DNA of 36,414 nt from Nitrosomonadales bacterium (GCA_016218465.1 JACREA010000084.1:1-36414); one strand, 5' to 3'. Shown: positions 17,644 through 27,138, numbered from the stretch's first letter. Made by a program: numbers and translations. The notes: generated by a model not told the origin, from the sequence alone.

Positions 17644-18358
17644 TGTGGCTCCGGCCACTCGCTTTCGCGAGCTTAACATTCGCTTCGCTCATATTAGCCT
17701 CCGCCGCAAGCTGTTGCTTGTGTTTTCCAGAAGACAAAGAACTGATGGCGGAAGACAGGAAGGCAGAAAAAATCTTGTGTTTGTCAGCGGATTGAGAGCT
17801 GGAGGCATCCGTATTCTGTCCCATATCTTCCTGCTTCCGGAACGTGTGCAACATACGGATTTGCCCCGGACCTACGCCGACCACCAGGCAAGTGTCATCC
17901 ACTTCTACCAGCACGATGCGCTCGCGTTGCCCTACCGCCACGCTGCCAGATACCTTGAGCAGATTGCCAGAGCCATGCTGCGCTGCATTCATGCGCTTGA
18001 GCAGCCAGGCAACCAGCACGATGGCAGCCAGCACCAGGAGCAGGCTGAGAATAATTTGCACGATGCTGCCAGAACTGACAGCGGGAGGTGGCGGGGCGTA
18101 GGCGGGCCGCGTTCCCTCTACGGCATATGCAGAAGACAGGAGACAGAAGACAGAAGACAGACACCAGAGAGCAGAAGACAGAGGACAGAAGACAGATTTT
18201 TGCGTGCCGCAAAGCGGCACGTTTATATAAATGGCACGGCGCAGCCGCGACAACACCTCTGTCCTTTGTCCTCTGATGAAACTACTAGCCATTCGACTAG
18301 GCCGACAAACAACGTCGGCCAAGTCGCTGGTTATGTATTCTGTCCTCTGATGCGTCAT
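17633..18358 (-). CDS. fliO: FliO with repeat-derived N- and C-terminal extensions
   Basis: Transmembrane helix plus [13 protein letters not shown]...[10 protein letters not shown]. Lies between fliN and fliP, with an ATGA overlap on the fliN stop. Confidence 0.9.
   Translation of the reverse strand: MTHQRTEYITSDLADVVCRPSRMASSFIRGQRTEVLSRLRRAIYINVPLCGTQKSVFCPLSSALWCLSSVFCLLSSAYAVEGTRPAYAPPPPAVSSGSIVQIILSLLLVLAAIVLVAWLLKRMNAAQHGSGNLLKVSGSVAVGQRERIVLVEVDDTCLVVGVGPGQIRMLHTFRKQEDMGQNTDASSSQSADKHKIFSAFLSSAISSLSSGKHKQQLAAEANMSEANVKLAKASGRSHNAP
18130..18350. repeat. Heptamer-armed palindromic element (CAGARGA family) inside fliO, carrying the 60-bp mini-element
   Basis: About 9 CAGAAGA-like units, a spacer with GTGCCGC-AAA-GCGGCAC and CGGC-GCA-GCCG (homologous to the reverse complement of the 940-997 spacer), then inverted TGTCCTC units. 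Confidence 0.88.
18275..18334 (+). mobile_element. 60-bp hairpin mini-element, copy 2 (in frame in fliO)
   Basis: GATGAAACTACTAGCCATTCGACTAGGCCGACAAACAACGTCGGCCAAGTCGCTGGTTAT, following CCTCT. Confidence 0.8.
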
Positions 18359-18777
18359 CTGTTTAAGCGGCGCAGCCGTTCGGACGGGGTGATGATATCC
18401 GTCAGGCGAATGCCAAGTTTGTCGTTCACCACCACAACCTCGCCTTGCGCGATCAGGAAACCGTTGATCATTACGTCCAGCGGTTCACCGGCCATGCCGG
18501 CCAGTTCGACGACTGACCCTTGCGCCAGTTGCAGCAAATTCTTGATCGGCATTTTGGTGCGCCCCAGCTCAACAGTCATTTGTACAGGGATGTCCAGAAT
18601 CATATCGAGGTCATTTTGCGTGGTAGCGGAGCCGCCTGACCCGAATTGCTCGAACACATGCGGTTTAGTGGGTACTGCCGGTTGACTGGCGGCAGTTGTC
18701 TGTTCGGCCATGGCCGCACCCCAATCGTTGGCGGTGATTGCTTCTCCGGTGGTGGCATTGCTGTTATCATCAGGCAT
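18355..18777 (-). CDS. fliN: C-ring protein FliN
   Basis: LDMILDIPVQMTVELGRT and AQGEVVVVNDKLGIR motifs. Confidence 0.98.
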   Translation of the reverse strand: MPDDNSNATTGEAITANDWGAAMAEQTTAASQPAVPTKPHVFEQFGSGGSATTQNDLDMILDIPVQMTVELGRTKMPIKNLLQLAQGSVVELAGMAGEPLDVMINGFLIAQGEVVVVNDKLGIRLTDIITPSERLRRLNR

Positions 18778-18790
18778 GACCTTCTCCTTC

Positions 18791-18938
18791 GTTAACGTGA
18801 AACTCGCGTAGCGGGATATTATCCCTCTCTCCCGCAGAAACTGGCGATTGCTTTTCTCGTTTGCTCCCTCTCACGCTTGCGGGAGATGATTGGGGAGAGG
18901 GCATCATCGGGAGAGAATTATGAGAGAGGGAAACGGGC
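18791..18938 (-). repeat. Nested CCCTCTCCC-family elements (an A2 copy at 18847-18901 inside an A1 copy)
   Basis: GTTAACGTGAAACTCGCG...CCCTCTCTCCCG [ATTGCTTTTCTCGTTTGCTCCCTCTCACGCTTGCGGGAGATGATTGGGGAGAGGG] CGGGAGAG...GAGAGGGAAACGGGC. Confidence 0.8.
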
Positions 18939-18964
18939 AGGGCGAGCTTCATAATCAATGGCAG

Positions 18965-19960
18965 CTATTCGCCATGCCCGTTAGTCGAGAGCATCTTTTC
19001 AACCCTCAGTCCATATTGATTGTTGAATGCGCCATATTTACATTCCATTACCGGTACGCCATCCACCGAAGCGGTGATGTTTTCATCGACTTCCAGCGGG
19101 ACAATATCGCCACTGCGCATTTTTAACACTTGTTCGAGCGTCACGCTGGCCTGGCCGAGCGTGGCAACCAGTTCGATATTGGCGGATTGCACCTGTTTGG
19201 ACAGTAGCTGCAACCAGCGCTGGTCTACGGCCAGATGCTCGCCCTGCATGGTGCTATAGAGCAAATCCTTGACCGGTTCGAGCATGGAGTAGGGCATGCA
19301 AACGTGAAATGCGCCGCCATTGCCGGCCAGTTCGATGTCGAAGGTGGTGGCAATGACTACTTCGTTTGGGGTGGCGATGTTGGCGAACTGAGGGTTCATT
19401 TCCGAACGCACAAATTCGAATTCAAGCGGGTGAACCGACAGCCACGACTTGCCATAAGTCTCGAATACAACGGCAAGCAGCTTCTGGATGATGCGATGTT
19501 CGGTCTGGGTGAATTCCCGGCCCTCCACGCGGGTGTGAAAACGCCCGTCGCCACCGAACATATTGTCCACCACCAGAAACACCAGGTTCGGATCAAAGAC
19601 GAACAAACCATTGCCGCGCAACGGTTTGGCTTGAATGATATTCAGGTTGGTGGGCACATGCAGGTTGCGGATAAATTCGCCGAATTTCAATACCCGTACC
19701 GGTCCGACCGAAATCTCCGGTGTACGGCGGATGAAATTGAATAATCCGATGCGGAACAGCCGTGCAAAACGTTCGTTAATAATCTCCATGGTGGGCATAC
19801 GCCCACGCACGATGCGTTCTTGTGAAGCAAGGTTGTATGGGCGCACTTCTCCATCCGCTGCTTCCGTTCCGGCAGCATCATCGGTTTCGCCAGTCACCCC
19901 CTTGAGCAGGGAGTCAACTTCGTCTTGTGAGAGAAAGTCTTGTGAGGTGGATTCGCCCAT
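18965..19960 (-). CDS. fliM: C-ring protein FliM
   Basis: LSQDEVDSLL CheY-binding motif and RIVRGRMPTMEIINERFAR. Confidence 0.98.
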   Translation of the reverse strand: MGESTSQDFLSQDEVDSLLKGVTGETDDAAGTEAADGEVRPYNLASQERIVRGRMPTMEIINERFARLFRIGLFNFIRRTPEISVGPVRVLKFGEFIRNLHVPTNLNIIQAKPLRGNGLFVFDPNLVFLVVDNMFGGDGRFHTRVEGREFTQTEHRIIQKLLAVVFETYGKSWLSVHPLEFEFVRSEMNPQFANIATPNEVVIATTFDIELAGNGGAFHVCMPYSMLEPVKDLLYSTMQGEHLAVDQRWLQLLSKQVQSANIELVATLGQASVTLEQVLKMRSGDIVPLEVDENITASVDGVPVMECKYGAFNNQYGLRVEKMLSTNGHGE

Positions 19961-19994
19961 TTTTGCTTTATCTGGAAGCTCGCCTGAAATTATT

Positions 19995-20110
19995 AATTGC
20001 CTTTCTCGTTCGCTCCCTCTCACGCTTGCGGGATAACCAGCGGCTTGGCTGCGGTCGTTTGCAGCCTAGTCGAATGGCTAGTTGTTTCACCCAGAGGGTT
20101 GGGGAGAGGG
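19995..20110 (-). repeat. CCCTCTCCC-family element (A2 tail) interrupted by the 60-bp mini-element
   Basis: AATTGCCTTTCTCGTTCGCTCCCTCTCACGCTTGCGGG[60 bp]AGAGGGTTGGGGAGAGGG. Confidence 0.9.
20033..20092 (-). mobile_element. 60-bp hairpin mini-element, copy 3
   Basis: The reverse complement differs from copy 1 at only 2 positions and is preceded on the minus strand by CCTCT (AGAGG at 20093-20097). Confidence 0.8.
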
Positions 20111-20129
20111 CGCTCTTGGTTTGTTCTCG

Positions 20130-20765
20130 CTATTGAATAATGAATGATGTAAATAACACGTCGACAATACCGCTCTTGCCGGCGTCGCTCTTGCCGGTAT
20201 GCATTCCGGCTGGTGATGATTGCGCTTCGGCTGGAGCGGCTTGGGCTACATGTTCCACTTTATCAGGTGTTGCCTCCGGATCTGTGATTGCGGGTGGGGT
20301 CTTGCGCAAACCCAGAACAAATTCGACTTGCGCCTTGATTTGTTCGGCCAGCTTCTGCTTGCCATCGAAACTGGCGAGTTCGGAGGGACGCTTGCTTTGA
20401 AGCAGCATGTTAATGTGATGCAGGATTTCCGGGTTGGCAGCTTTAATCTTCTCCGCCAGTTCCGGCTTGGTAATCTTGAGTTCAATCGCTACTTGCAGAT
20501 ACCGGTCGCCTTCCTCGTGAATCAGGTTGGCGGTGAAAGTGCCCAGTTGAACATATGTCGAAGGAGTTTCATGATGCACTTCTTCCGCCGCTACCGCAGT
20601 TTCATCCGGCTTTGCAGGATGAGATGGTTTCATTAACAAGAACGCCGCTGCTCCGCCACCTATCAGCAATGACACGAACGCAGTGATAATGATGGGCTTG
20701 CTATTGCTCTTTCCGGGTGGTGTGCCAGAGGCATCTGACGGACCTGGTTTTGCGGGTTTTGACAT
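20130..20765 (-). CDS. fliL: Basal-body associated protein FliL
   Basis: N-terminal transmembrane helix, FTANL, RYLQV and DVLFTSFIIQ motifs. Confidence 0.95.
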   Translation of the reverse strand: MSKPAKPGPSDASGTPPGKSNSKPIIITAFVSLLIGGGAAAFLLMKPSHPAKPDETAVAAEEVHHETPSTYVQLGTFTANLIHEEGDRYLQVAIELKITKPELAEKIKAANPEILHHINMLLQSKRPSELASFDGKQKLAEQIKAQVEFVLGLRKTPPAITDPEATPDKVEHVAQAAPAEAQSSPAGMHTGKSDAGKSGIVDVLFTSFIIQ

Positions 20766-20864
20766 TTTTGACTCCCTTTTGATGGTTGAATTATGGGAAA
20801 AAAGCAGCGCGGATGATAACCCGATTAACGCCGGAATTCTCCCTTAACTTGAGCTATCAAGCGC

Positions 20865-21974
20865 TCAAGCAAAAGTGTCCACCATCCCGTTATGGCGTCT
20901 TGCCGGCATGGTCTGCGTAATGGCCGGCGATGCGCAGGTTGATTCAGGCGCGCCTCCAGAAATCCCGCGTTGCGCAGCCGCACCGGAACCTTGATTCATA
21001 AATCCATCTGCACTGCGGTCGCGCGGGGATTGGTCGCTGACCGTAGTATTGCCCAACATGATGCCATTATCGGCCAGAATTTCACGAAGTTTAGGCATGG
21101 CATTTTCCACCGCTTCACGCACTGCACTGTGCGGCGATGTAAACATGGCGGTAGCCTGATTGTCGGAAATTTTCAGCACCACGTTCAACGGCCCAAAATC
21201 CGGCGGATTTAATTGCAGCTCGGCGACCTGGTTATTATGCGTACACATCCAGATAATCTTTTGCGAAAAGTCACCCGCCCAACTGCTATTGCCAAGAGGG
21301 GATGAAATGGTTTGCAAGCTATCGGCGGTTTTACCGTTGGTTAACATGCCGGGAGGAATGCCGGATGTTGCCATCGATGCAGCCGGTAGGGCAATGCCTT
21401 GTGAGGATTGCGCACTCAAAAGGCTGTTAGATAGTTCGGCAGATTTGGATATCTCCAAGCCGGATCCGCTGTGCAAGGCCGGTCCGCCGATAGCCACTAT
21501 TGCTACATCCGGTCTGCCGGATGCAGCGGTCGCCGGATCAATCCTCGCGTTGACTTGAGATGCGCCGATAATGTCCGGCAGTTGATTTGCACCCGCCTTG
21601 CCTGCGCTTGGTTCGTGAGCTGTTGCTGCTGTTCTGGCCGTTTCGTCTTTGGCAACCGGAGTTCTGATTTCTTGAGGAAGTTGCAGCATAACTGCCAAGG
21701 CGCTGGATGGATCGCCGGGTGTACTGGCGGCCACTGGTACTTTATCCTGTTCGGCATTGCCAGCCGATCCCGCAGAATCCGCCGTTGTCCTAGTATCAAC
21801 TCCGGCTGCAGATGATGGCATATTTGGAGCGGATGCATTGGCTTCATCCATTTGCCGCGCCAGCACCGCACCAAACGGATATGCTTGCGTATTCGTCGTG
21901 CCTTCTATTTGTGATGAGCTTGCGATATTGGCAGAACGTTGAGAATTATTGCCAGTAATCGGCAGGTTGGTCAT
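20865..21974 (-). CDS. fliK: Hook-length control protein FliK
   Basis: AELQLNPPDFGPL, VREAVENAMPKLRE and GMVDTFA motifs; lies between fliJ and fliL. Confidence 0.93.
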   Translation of the reverse strand: MTNLPITGNNSQRSANIASSSQIEGTTNTQAYPFGAVLARQMDEANASAPNMPSSAAGVDTRTTADSAGSAGNAEQDKVPVAASTPGDPSSALAVMLQLPQEIRTPVAKDETARTAATAHEPSAGKAGANQLPDIIGASQVNARIDPATAASGRPDVAIVAIGGPALHSGSGLEISKSAELSNSLLSAQSSQGIALPAASMATSGIPPGMLTNGKTADSLQTISSPLGNSSWAGDFSQKIIWMCTHNNQVAELQLNPPDFGPLNVVLKISDNQATAMFTSPHSAVREAVENAMPKLREILADNGIMLGNTTVSDQSPRDRSADGFMNQGSGAAAQRGISGGAPESTCASPAITQTMPARRHNGMVDTFA

Positions 21975-21987
21975 GTCATTTTCCAGG

Positions 21988-22452
21988 TCATGAGTTTGTG
22001 TATTCTGCTTTAAGCATTTTTTGGGCGGCAAATCTGCCGGTGTGCTCGTCGAGAGCTTTTTGTTCAGACCTCCCGGCGGCTTTTTTTTGCTCTTCGATAT
22101 GGCGTTGTTGCAGCGCATCGTAGGATTTCAGCTTTCGTTGCGTGGTGTCAAATTCGCTGCGGCCAACTTGTGTCGAAGCCTTGCTTTGCTCTACAGCTTT
22201 AAGTTGCTGGCTGATCGCTTCATCGAGCTTGTTGATGAATTGCTGGAAGTTGCGCAAGTCGGCCGGGTTCATGCCGCTCAGGGTGGTTTCCTGTAACCGG
22301 GTTTGATAGTCCTTGCGGTACTCCAGCAGGGTGTCAAGTTTTTGCTGCGCGTTCTGCTGCTGTTTGTTCAACTGCCCGAGATTGCGTATCGCCGAATCAC
22401 TCTGGTGTTGTGCCAGATTCATCAAGGGTTGCAGGGAGAACGGCTTGTTCAT
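21988..22452 (-). CDS. fliJ: Export chaperone FliJ
   Basis: Coiled-coil protein with NFQQFINKLDEAISQQ and EQKALDE motifs. Confidence 0.94.
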   Translation of the reverse strand: MNKPFSLQPLMNLAQHQSDSAIRNLGQLNKQQQNAQQKLDTLLEYRKDYQTRLQETTLSGMNPADLRNFQQFINKLDEAISQQLKAVEQSKASTQVGRSEFDTTQRKLKSYDALQQRHIEEQKKAAGRSEQKALDEHTGRFAAQKMLKAEYTNS

Positions 22453-22478
22453 GATTGTGTCGTTAAGGCGCGGGCTTG

Positions 22479-23888
22479 TTATTGAATCGGGGCAAGCAAT
22501 GCGTCGAGTTGCGCAACGCTGGCCTGGTAGGTTTCCCTTTGAAACATGTCCTGTTTCAGGAATTGCTCCATTCGGGGATATAGCGCGATCGCCTCGTCCA
22601 GCAACGGGTCGCTGCCGCCAACATAGGCGCCGACGCTGATCAAATCGCGGTTGCGCTGGTAATGGGCATACATATGCTTGAAGCGCTGCACGACCGGCAA
22701 GTGTTCCGGCGATGCCAGACGCGACATCACGCGGCTGATCGAGGCTTCGATATCAATGGCCGGATAATGTCCCTGCTCCCCCAATCGCCGCGACAGCACG
22801 ATGTGCCCGTCGAGAATGGCGCGTGCGCTGTCTGCAATCGGGTCCTGCGGGTCGTCGCCTTCGGTCAGCACGGTGTAGAAGGCGGTGATCGAGCCGCTGC
22901 CTTCCAGGCCGTTGCCGGCGCGTTCCACCAGTTGCGGAAGCTTGGCGAAAACGGAAGGCGGATAACCTCTGGTGGCGGGCGGCTCGCCGACTGCCAGCGC
23001 GATTTCGCGTTGCGCCATGGCGAAACGGGTCAGCGAATCCATGATCAGCAAAACATTTTTACCCTGGTCGCGGAAGTGTTCCGCGATGGTGGTGGCGTAA
23101 GCCGCGCCCTGCAAACGCATCAGCGGCGAAGTGTCCGCCGGCGTGGCGACGACCACCGAGCGCGCCATTCCTTCCTTGCCGAGAATATCGTTGATGAATT
23201 CCTTGACTTCGCGCCCGCGCTCGCCGATCAATCCGACCACCGTGATATCCGCGCTGGTATAACGCGCCATCATGCCGAGTAGCACGCTTTTGCCGACACC
23301 GCTGCCGGCGAATAATCCCATGCGTTGGCCGCGCCCCACGGTCAACATGCTGTTGATGGCGCGCACCCCGACATCCATGGCGGTGTCAATCGAAGCGCGC
23401 TCCAGAGGATTGAAGGGACGGCTTTGCAGCGGCGCATATTCCGAATCCGGCAGCGGTCCCAGTTGATCGAGCGGCTTGCCGGCCCCATCCAATACGCGCC
23501 CAAGCAAAATGCTGCCGACCGGAAGGTGTTTGGCGCGGTCGGCAATGCGGCGGCGCATCGGTTTGCGTTTTCCGCCCAGAGTCAGCGCATGTGCCGGTTC
23601 AACCGGCATCACGCGCGCGCCCGGCACCAGCCCATGCACATCATTTTCCGGCATCAGGAAAAGCCTTTCAGCGGAGAAACCGACTACTTCCGCCTCGACG
23701 GTATTGTTCGGCAGGTGAATCGTGCAAGTGCTGCCGACCGGCATTTGCAGCCCGACCGCCTCCATTACCAGGCCGGTCACCTTGGTCAAGTGGCCGCTTG
23801 GCGGCATCGGATTGCACTCCGCTACATACTCGCGGCCTTCATTGAGAAAATCCTGCCACTTAACGCTATGAGCACTCACGCCAGCCAT
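22479..23888 (-). CDS. fliI: Export ATPase FliI
   Basis: Walker [19 protein letters not shown] and [14 protein letters not shown] motifs. Confidence 0.98.
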   Translation of the reverse strand: MAGVSAHSVKWQDFLNEGREYVAECNPMPPSGHLTKVTGLVMEAVGLQMPVGSTCTIHLPNNTVEAEVVGFSAERLFLMPENDVHGLVPGARVMPVEPAHALTLGGKRKPMRRRIADRAKHLPVGSILLGRVLDGAGKPLDQLGPLPDSEYAPLQSRPFNPLERASIDTAMDVGVRAINSMLTVGRGQRMGLFAGSGVGKSVLLGMMARYTSADITVVGLIGERGREVKEFINDILGKEGMARSVVVATPADTSPLMRLQGAAYATTIAEHFRDQGKNVLLIMDSLTRFAMAQREIALAVGEPPATRGYPPSVFAKLPQLVERAGNGLEGSGSITAFYTVLTEGDDPQDPIADSARAILDGHIVLSRRLGEQGHYPAIDIEASISRVMSRLASPEHLPVVQRFKHMYAHYQRNRDLISVGAYVGGSDPLLDEAIALYPRMEQFLKQDMFQRETYQASVAQLDALLAPIQ

Positions 23889-24517
23889 GATTTGTCCTGT
23901 CCGATCGATTCGACAACGCGCTTCCAGCGTGCTTCCGTCGTGGCGTCCACGTTGCTGTGTGCTGTCTCTGCGCGGCATCCTCCGCGCTGGATTTGCGCAT
24001 CGGTAAAAATCTTCCATCCGGCATGCGCCTGTTGCTCGCCTATTTGCTTGCGAACCAATTCAGCATCGGCCGGGTGCAGGATCAAATGGGCATTTTGATT
24101 GAAGTGCGGCAGGCTGCTGATCGCATAGCTGAAGACTTTGATAATTATTTCCGGTTTTATCTGCAAGGCCTCGTTCACCATCTTGCGTGCAATTTCCAGC
24201 GACAAATCAAGTAATGACTGCGCTACTTGTTCATCCACCTGGTTGAGTGCGTCCTGCAAACTTTGCAGCAGCGCGTGAATTTGTGCCGCTTCGGCGCGTG
24301 CCTGCAGGATACCGGCGGCATAACCCGCTTCGTGCCCTTGTGCGAAACCTTCATCGTGCGCTTGTTGGCGGGTCTTTCCCATCTCGGCGGCGTTGATGAT
24401 ATGGACGTTTTTTTTTGTGCTGTCCTGATGCATGCCGCCGGAATGCGGATCGAACGAGGCCAATTCCCAGCGTTCAAAGGCCGTCTGTTGCTCTTTTGGA
24501 ATGACGACGCTAGACAT
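23876..24517 (-). CDS. fliH: Export regulator FliH
   Basis: ERWELASF, AxxxGxxxG repeats, LHPAD and GGC motifs. Confidence 0.95.
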   Translation of the reverse strand: MSSVVIPKEQQTAFERWELASFDPHSGGMHQDSTKKNVHIINAAEMGKTRQQAHDEGFAQGHEAGYAAGILQARAEAAQIHALLQSLQDALNQVDEQVAQSLLDLSLEIARKMVNEALQIKPEIIIKVFSYAISSLPHFNQNAHLILHPADAELVRKQIGEQQAHAGWKIFTDAQIQRGGCRAETAHSNVDATTEARWKRVVESIGQDKSWLA

Positions 24518-25502
24518 ACGCCTCCTCACCTTTGCCGCCTAAAGCAATCTGACCTTCGTCGGATAAACGGCGCACGACTTTGAGGATTTCTTTCTGATTG
24601 GCTTCCACATCGCTGAGCTTGACCGGGCCTTTGGATTCGAGGTCCTCGCGCATCATTTCCGCAGCGCGTTGCGACATGTTCTTGAAAATCTTCTCGCGCA
24701 ATTCCTCGTTGGCGCCTTTGAGGGCGATAATCAAGGATTCCGACTGGACTTCGCGAAGAATGAGCTGGATGCCGCGATCATCAATGTCCATGATGTTTTC
24801 AAAGACGAACATCTTGTCTTCGATTTTTTGCGCCAGATCGGGATCGTAACTGCGCACGTTTTCCATCATTTCCGCTTCCAGCGTGCTGCCCATGAAATTC
24901 AGGATTTCAGCGGCGGTAGCCACACCGCCTTGCAGGGTCTTTTTCCCGGTGCCGCCGCCGGACATCAGCTTGGACAGCACTTCATTGAGCTCGCGCAACG
25001 CAACAGGCTGCACGCCATCCAGCGTGGAAATGCGCAGCAGCACATCGTTACGGGTTCGATCGGTGAGCATTTTGAGGATTTCGGCGGCCTGGTCGGGTTC
25101 CAGGTGCACCAGGATGGTTGCGATGATCTGCGGGTGTTCGTTGCCGATCATTTCCGCCACCGCGCCAGGGTCCATCCATTTCAAACTTTCAATGCCGCTG
25201 GTGTCGCTGTTGTGCATGATGCGATCCAGCAGGCCGGCGGCCTTGTCATCTCCCAGCGCCTTGGTGAGCATGCTGCGGATGTAATCGCCGGAATCCATGC
25301 CGACGGTGGTCTTGCCGGATGCGGAAACCAGGAAATCCTGAAATACCTGCGCAATCTGATCGCGCCCGAGGTTTTTCAGCGCCATCATGGCCGAGCTGAT
25401 TTTCTGCACTTCCTTGGGTTCGAGATATTTCAGCACTTCGGCGGCTTCACTTTCGCCGAGCGTCATCAGGAAGATCGCGCTTTTCTCGACGCCATCAGCC
25501 AT
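24510..25502 (-). CDS. fliG: Rotor protein FliG
   Basis: EHPQIIA, MFVFE and NMSQRAAEMM motifs. Confidence 0.98.
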   Translation of the reverse strand: MADGVEKSAIFLMTLGESEAAEVLKYLEPKEVQKISSAMMALKNLGRDQIAQVFQDFLVSASGKTTVGMDSGDYIRSMLTKALGDDKAAGLLDRIMHNSDTSGIESLKWMDPGAVAEMIGNEHPQIIATILVHLEPDQAAEILKMLTDRTRNDVLLRISTLDGVQPVALRELNEVLSKLMSGGGTGKKTLQGGVATAAEILNFMGSTLEAEMMENVRSYDPDLAQKIEDKMFVFENIMDIDDRGIQLILREVQSESLIIALKGANEELREKIFKNMSQRAAEMMREDLESKGPVKLSDVEANQKEILKVVRRLSDEGQIALGGKGEEAYV

Positions 25503-27138
25503 TGTTGTTCACCCATTCCTTGACTACGCTGGCGACAATCTTTGGTTCCTGCTGGGCAATCTGTTTGGCTGTTTGCAGGCTTTGCTCATATGACGGGGCG
25601 GAGTGCGCATATTGCGCAGCAGCTCCTCCCGCGCCGCCTGCGGGCGCTCCCCCTTCCGGTGCGGCTGCAAGCTCGTCCGTGCCGCCCGGCGGGATGAGCA
25701 AGGTGCTGAATGCCGGTTTGATGATGCGGAATATCACGAAGAATATGGCTGCGGCAATCACCAGATACTTGAGCAAGTCCTTTGCCAGTTCGATCATGCC
25801 GGGCCGTTTCCAGAGCGGCAACTCCTCAACGGTTTCCTTTTGCTCGGTAAAGGCCGCAACCTGCACATTCAGGCTGTCGCCGCGATTCTGATCGAAGCCC
25901 ATGGCTTCCTTGGCCAGATTGTTGATCTGCTCTTTTTCGGCGTCGCTCAAAGGCTTGTCGCTGCTTTTTCCCTTGTCGTCGATTACCTTGCGGTTGCCGT
26001 TCACCACTATCGCAACAGACAGGCGCTTGATGGAGCCAAACGGCTGCACGATATGGCGTATGGTGCGATCCACCTCGTAATTCACCGTAGAATTTTTTTG
26101 CAGGTTGGAGAGGCTGGCATTGTTTGCGGCGGCGGCCACGCCTGGCGCACCTGCGCCGGCAACGATCGGAGCAGCGGCCGGGGCCGGCGGTTGGTTGGTC
26201 AGCGCGCCCGGAATGCCGCCCGCACCTAATCCGGAGCCGTTCATCGCCTCGCTGCTTTGCTGGCTGCGAATCACGCTTTCAGCCGGATTCTGGTTCGGTT
26301 TGTAAATCTCAGCCGTCTGCTCGATGCGCGAGAAATCAATATCGGCGGTAACCTGTGCGCGTACATTGTTCGCGCCGAGCATGGGCGTCAATAAAGCTTC
26401 GATCCGCCTGATATAGCTCTGCTCGATTTGCTGCACATACTTGAGTTGATTGGCATCCAGACCATCGCCATTTGTGCCGTCATGGCTGGCGCTCAACAGG
26501 GTGCCGTTCTGGTCTACCACCGTTACATTCTTGGCGGACAATTCCGGCACACTGCTCGAGATCAGGTGAACGATCGCGCTGACCTGGGCGGAATCGAGCA
26601 TTCGCCCGCCTTGCAGGCTGAGCACCACGGACGCGCTGGGCTTTTGCTGTTCCTTGACGAACACGCTGGGTTTGGGAATGGCCAGGTGAACGCGGGCGGC
26701 AGCTACCGCACCGATGCTTTGCACCGAGCGGGCCAGCTCACCTTCCAGCGCGCGCTGGTAATTGACCTGCTCGGCAAATTGGGTAATGCCGAACTTCTGG
26801 TTTTCCATCAGTTCAAAACCGGCGTTCCCCCCCTTGGGGAGCCCTTGTGAAGCCAGTTTAAGACGTGCCTCGTGGACCTGGTTGGACGCCACCAGCAACG
26901 CTCCGCCACCCTCGGCAAATTTGTAAGGGATGTTCATTTGCTGCAGCGACTCGATGATGGCCCCGCCATCGCGATCGGACAAGTTGCTGTACAGCACGCG
27001 GTAATCAGGCGTCTGTCCCCACATCCACACGCCGGCGATAAGCGCGAACAACGCCGCAATGCCAACTAACAACCCTATCATTTGCTGAAGGTTGAGTTGG
27101 TTCAACTGTTTTAGCGCCTTGTTTGTTTGTTCAGCCAT
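25495..27138 (-). CDS. fliF: MS-ring protein FliF
   Basis: YQRALEGELARS, ARVHLAIPK, PSASV and NYEVDR motifs. Confidence 0.98.
   Translation of the reverse strand: MAEQTNKALKQLNQLNLQQMIGLLVGIAALFALIAGVWMWGQTPDYRVLYSNLSDRDGGAIIESLQQMNIPYKFAEGGGALLVASNQVHEARLKLASQGLPKGGNAGFELMENQKFGITQFAEQVNYQRALEGELARSVQSIGAVAAARVHLAIPKPSVFVKEQQKPSASVVLSLQGGRMLDSAQVSAIVHLISSSVPELSAKNVTVVDQNGTLLSASHDGTNGDGLDANQLKYVQQIEQSYIRRIEALLTPMLGANNVRAQVTADIDFSRIEQTAEIYKPNQNPAESVIRSQQSSEAMNGSGLGAGGIPGALTNQPPAPAAAPIVAGAGAPGVAAAANNASLSNLQKNSTVNYEVDRTIRHIVQPFGSIKRLSVAIVVNGNRKVIDDKGKSSDKPLSDAEKEQINNLAKEAMGFDQNRGDSLNVQVAAFTEQKETVEELPLWKRPGMIELAKDLLKYLVIAAAIFFVIFRIIKPAFSTLLIPPGGTDELAAAPEGGAPAGGAGGAAAQYAHSAPSYEQSLQTAKQIAQQEPKIVASVVKEWVNNNG

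Noticed and set aside
18273-18334. Hammerhead ribozyme (CTGATGA followed by AAC)
   Set aside because: CTGATGA and GAAAC overlap with no stem II between them. The motif spans the insertion junction and is absent from copies 1, 3 and 5.
18130-18350. Repeat arrays as a CRISPR array
   Set aside because: The units are 7-bp tandem repeats with no unique spacers, the 60-bp copies are dispersed, and no cas genes are present.
17585-18685. 366-aa plus-strand ORF and other long antisense ORFs (7519-8376, 23325-24098, 24669-25523, 35032-35709)
   Set aside because: These are shadow frames of well-supported opposite-strand genes in GC-rich DNA, with no recognisable domains.
18770-18958. 62-aa ORF between fliM and fliN
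   Set aside because: Almost entirely a translation of the nested repeat, with no independent coding evidence.
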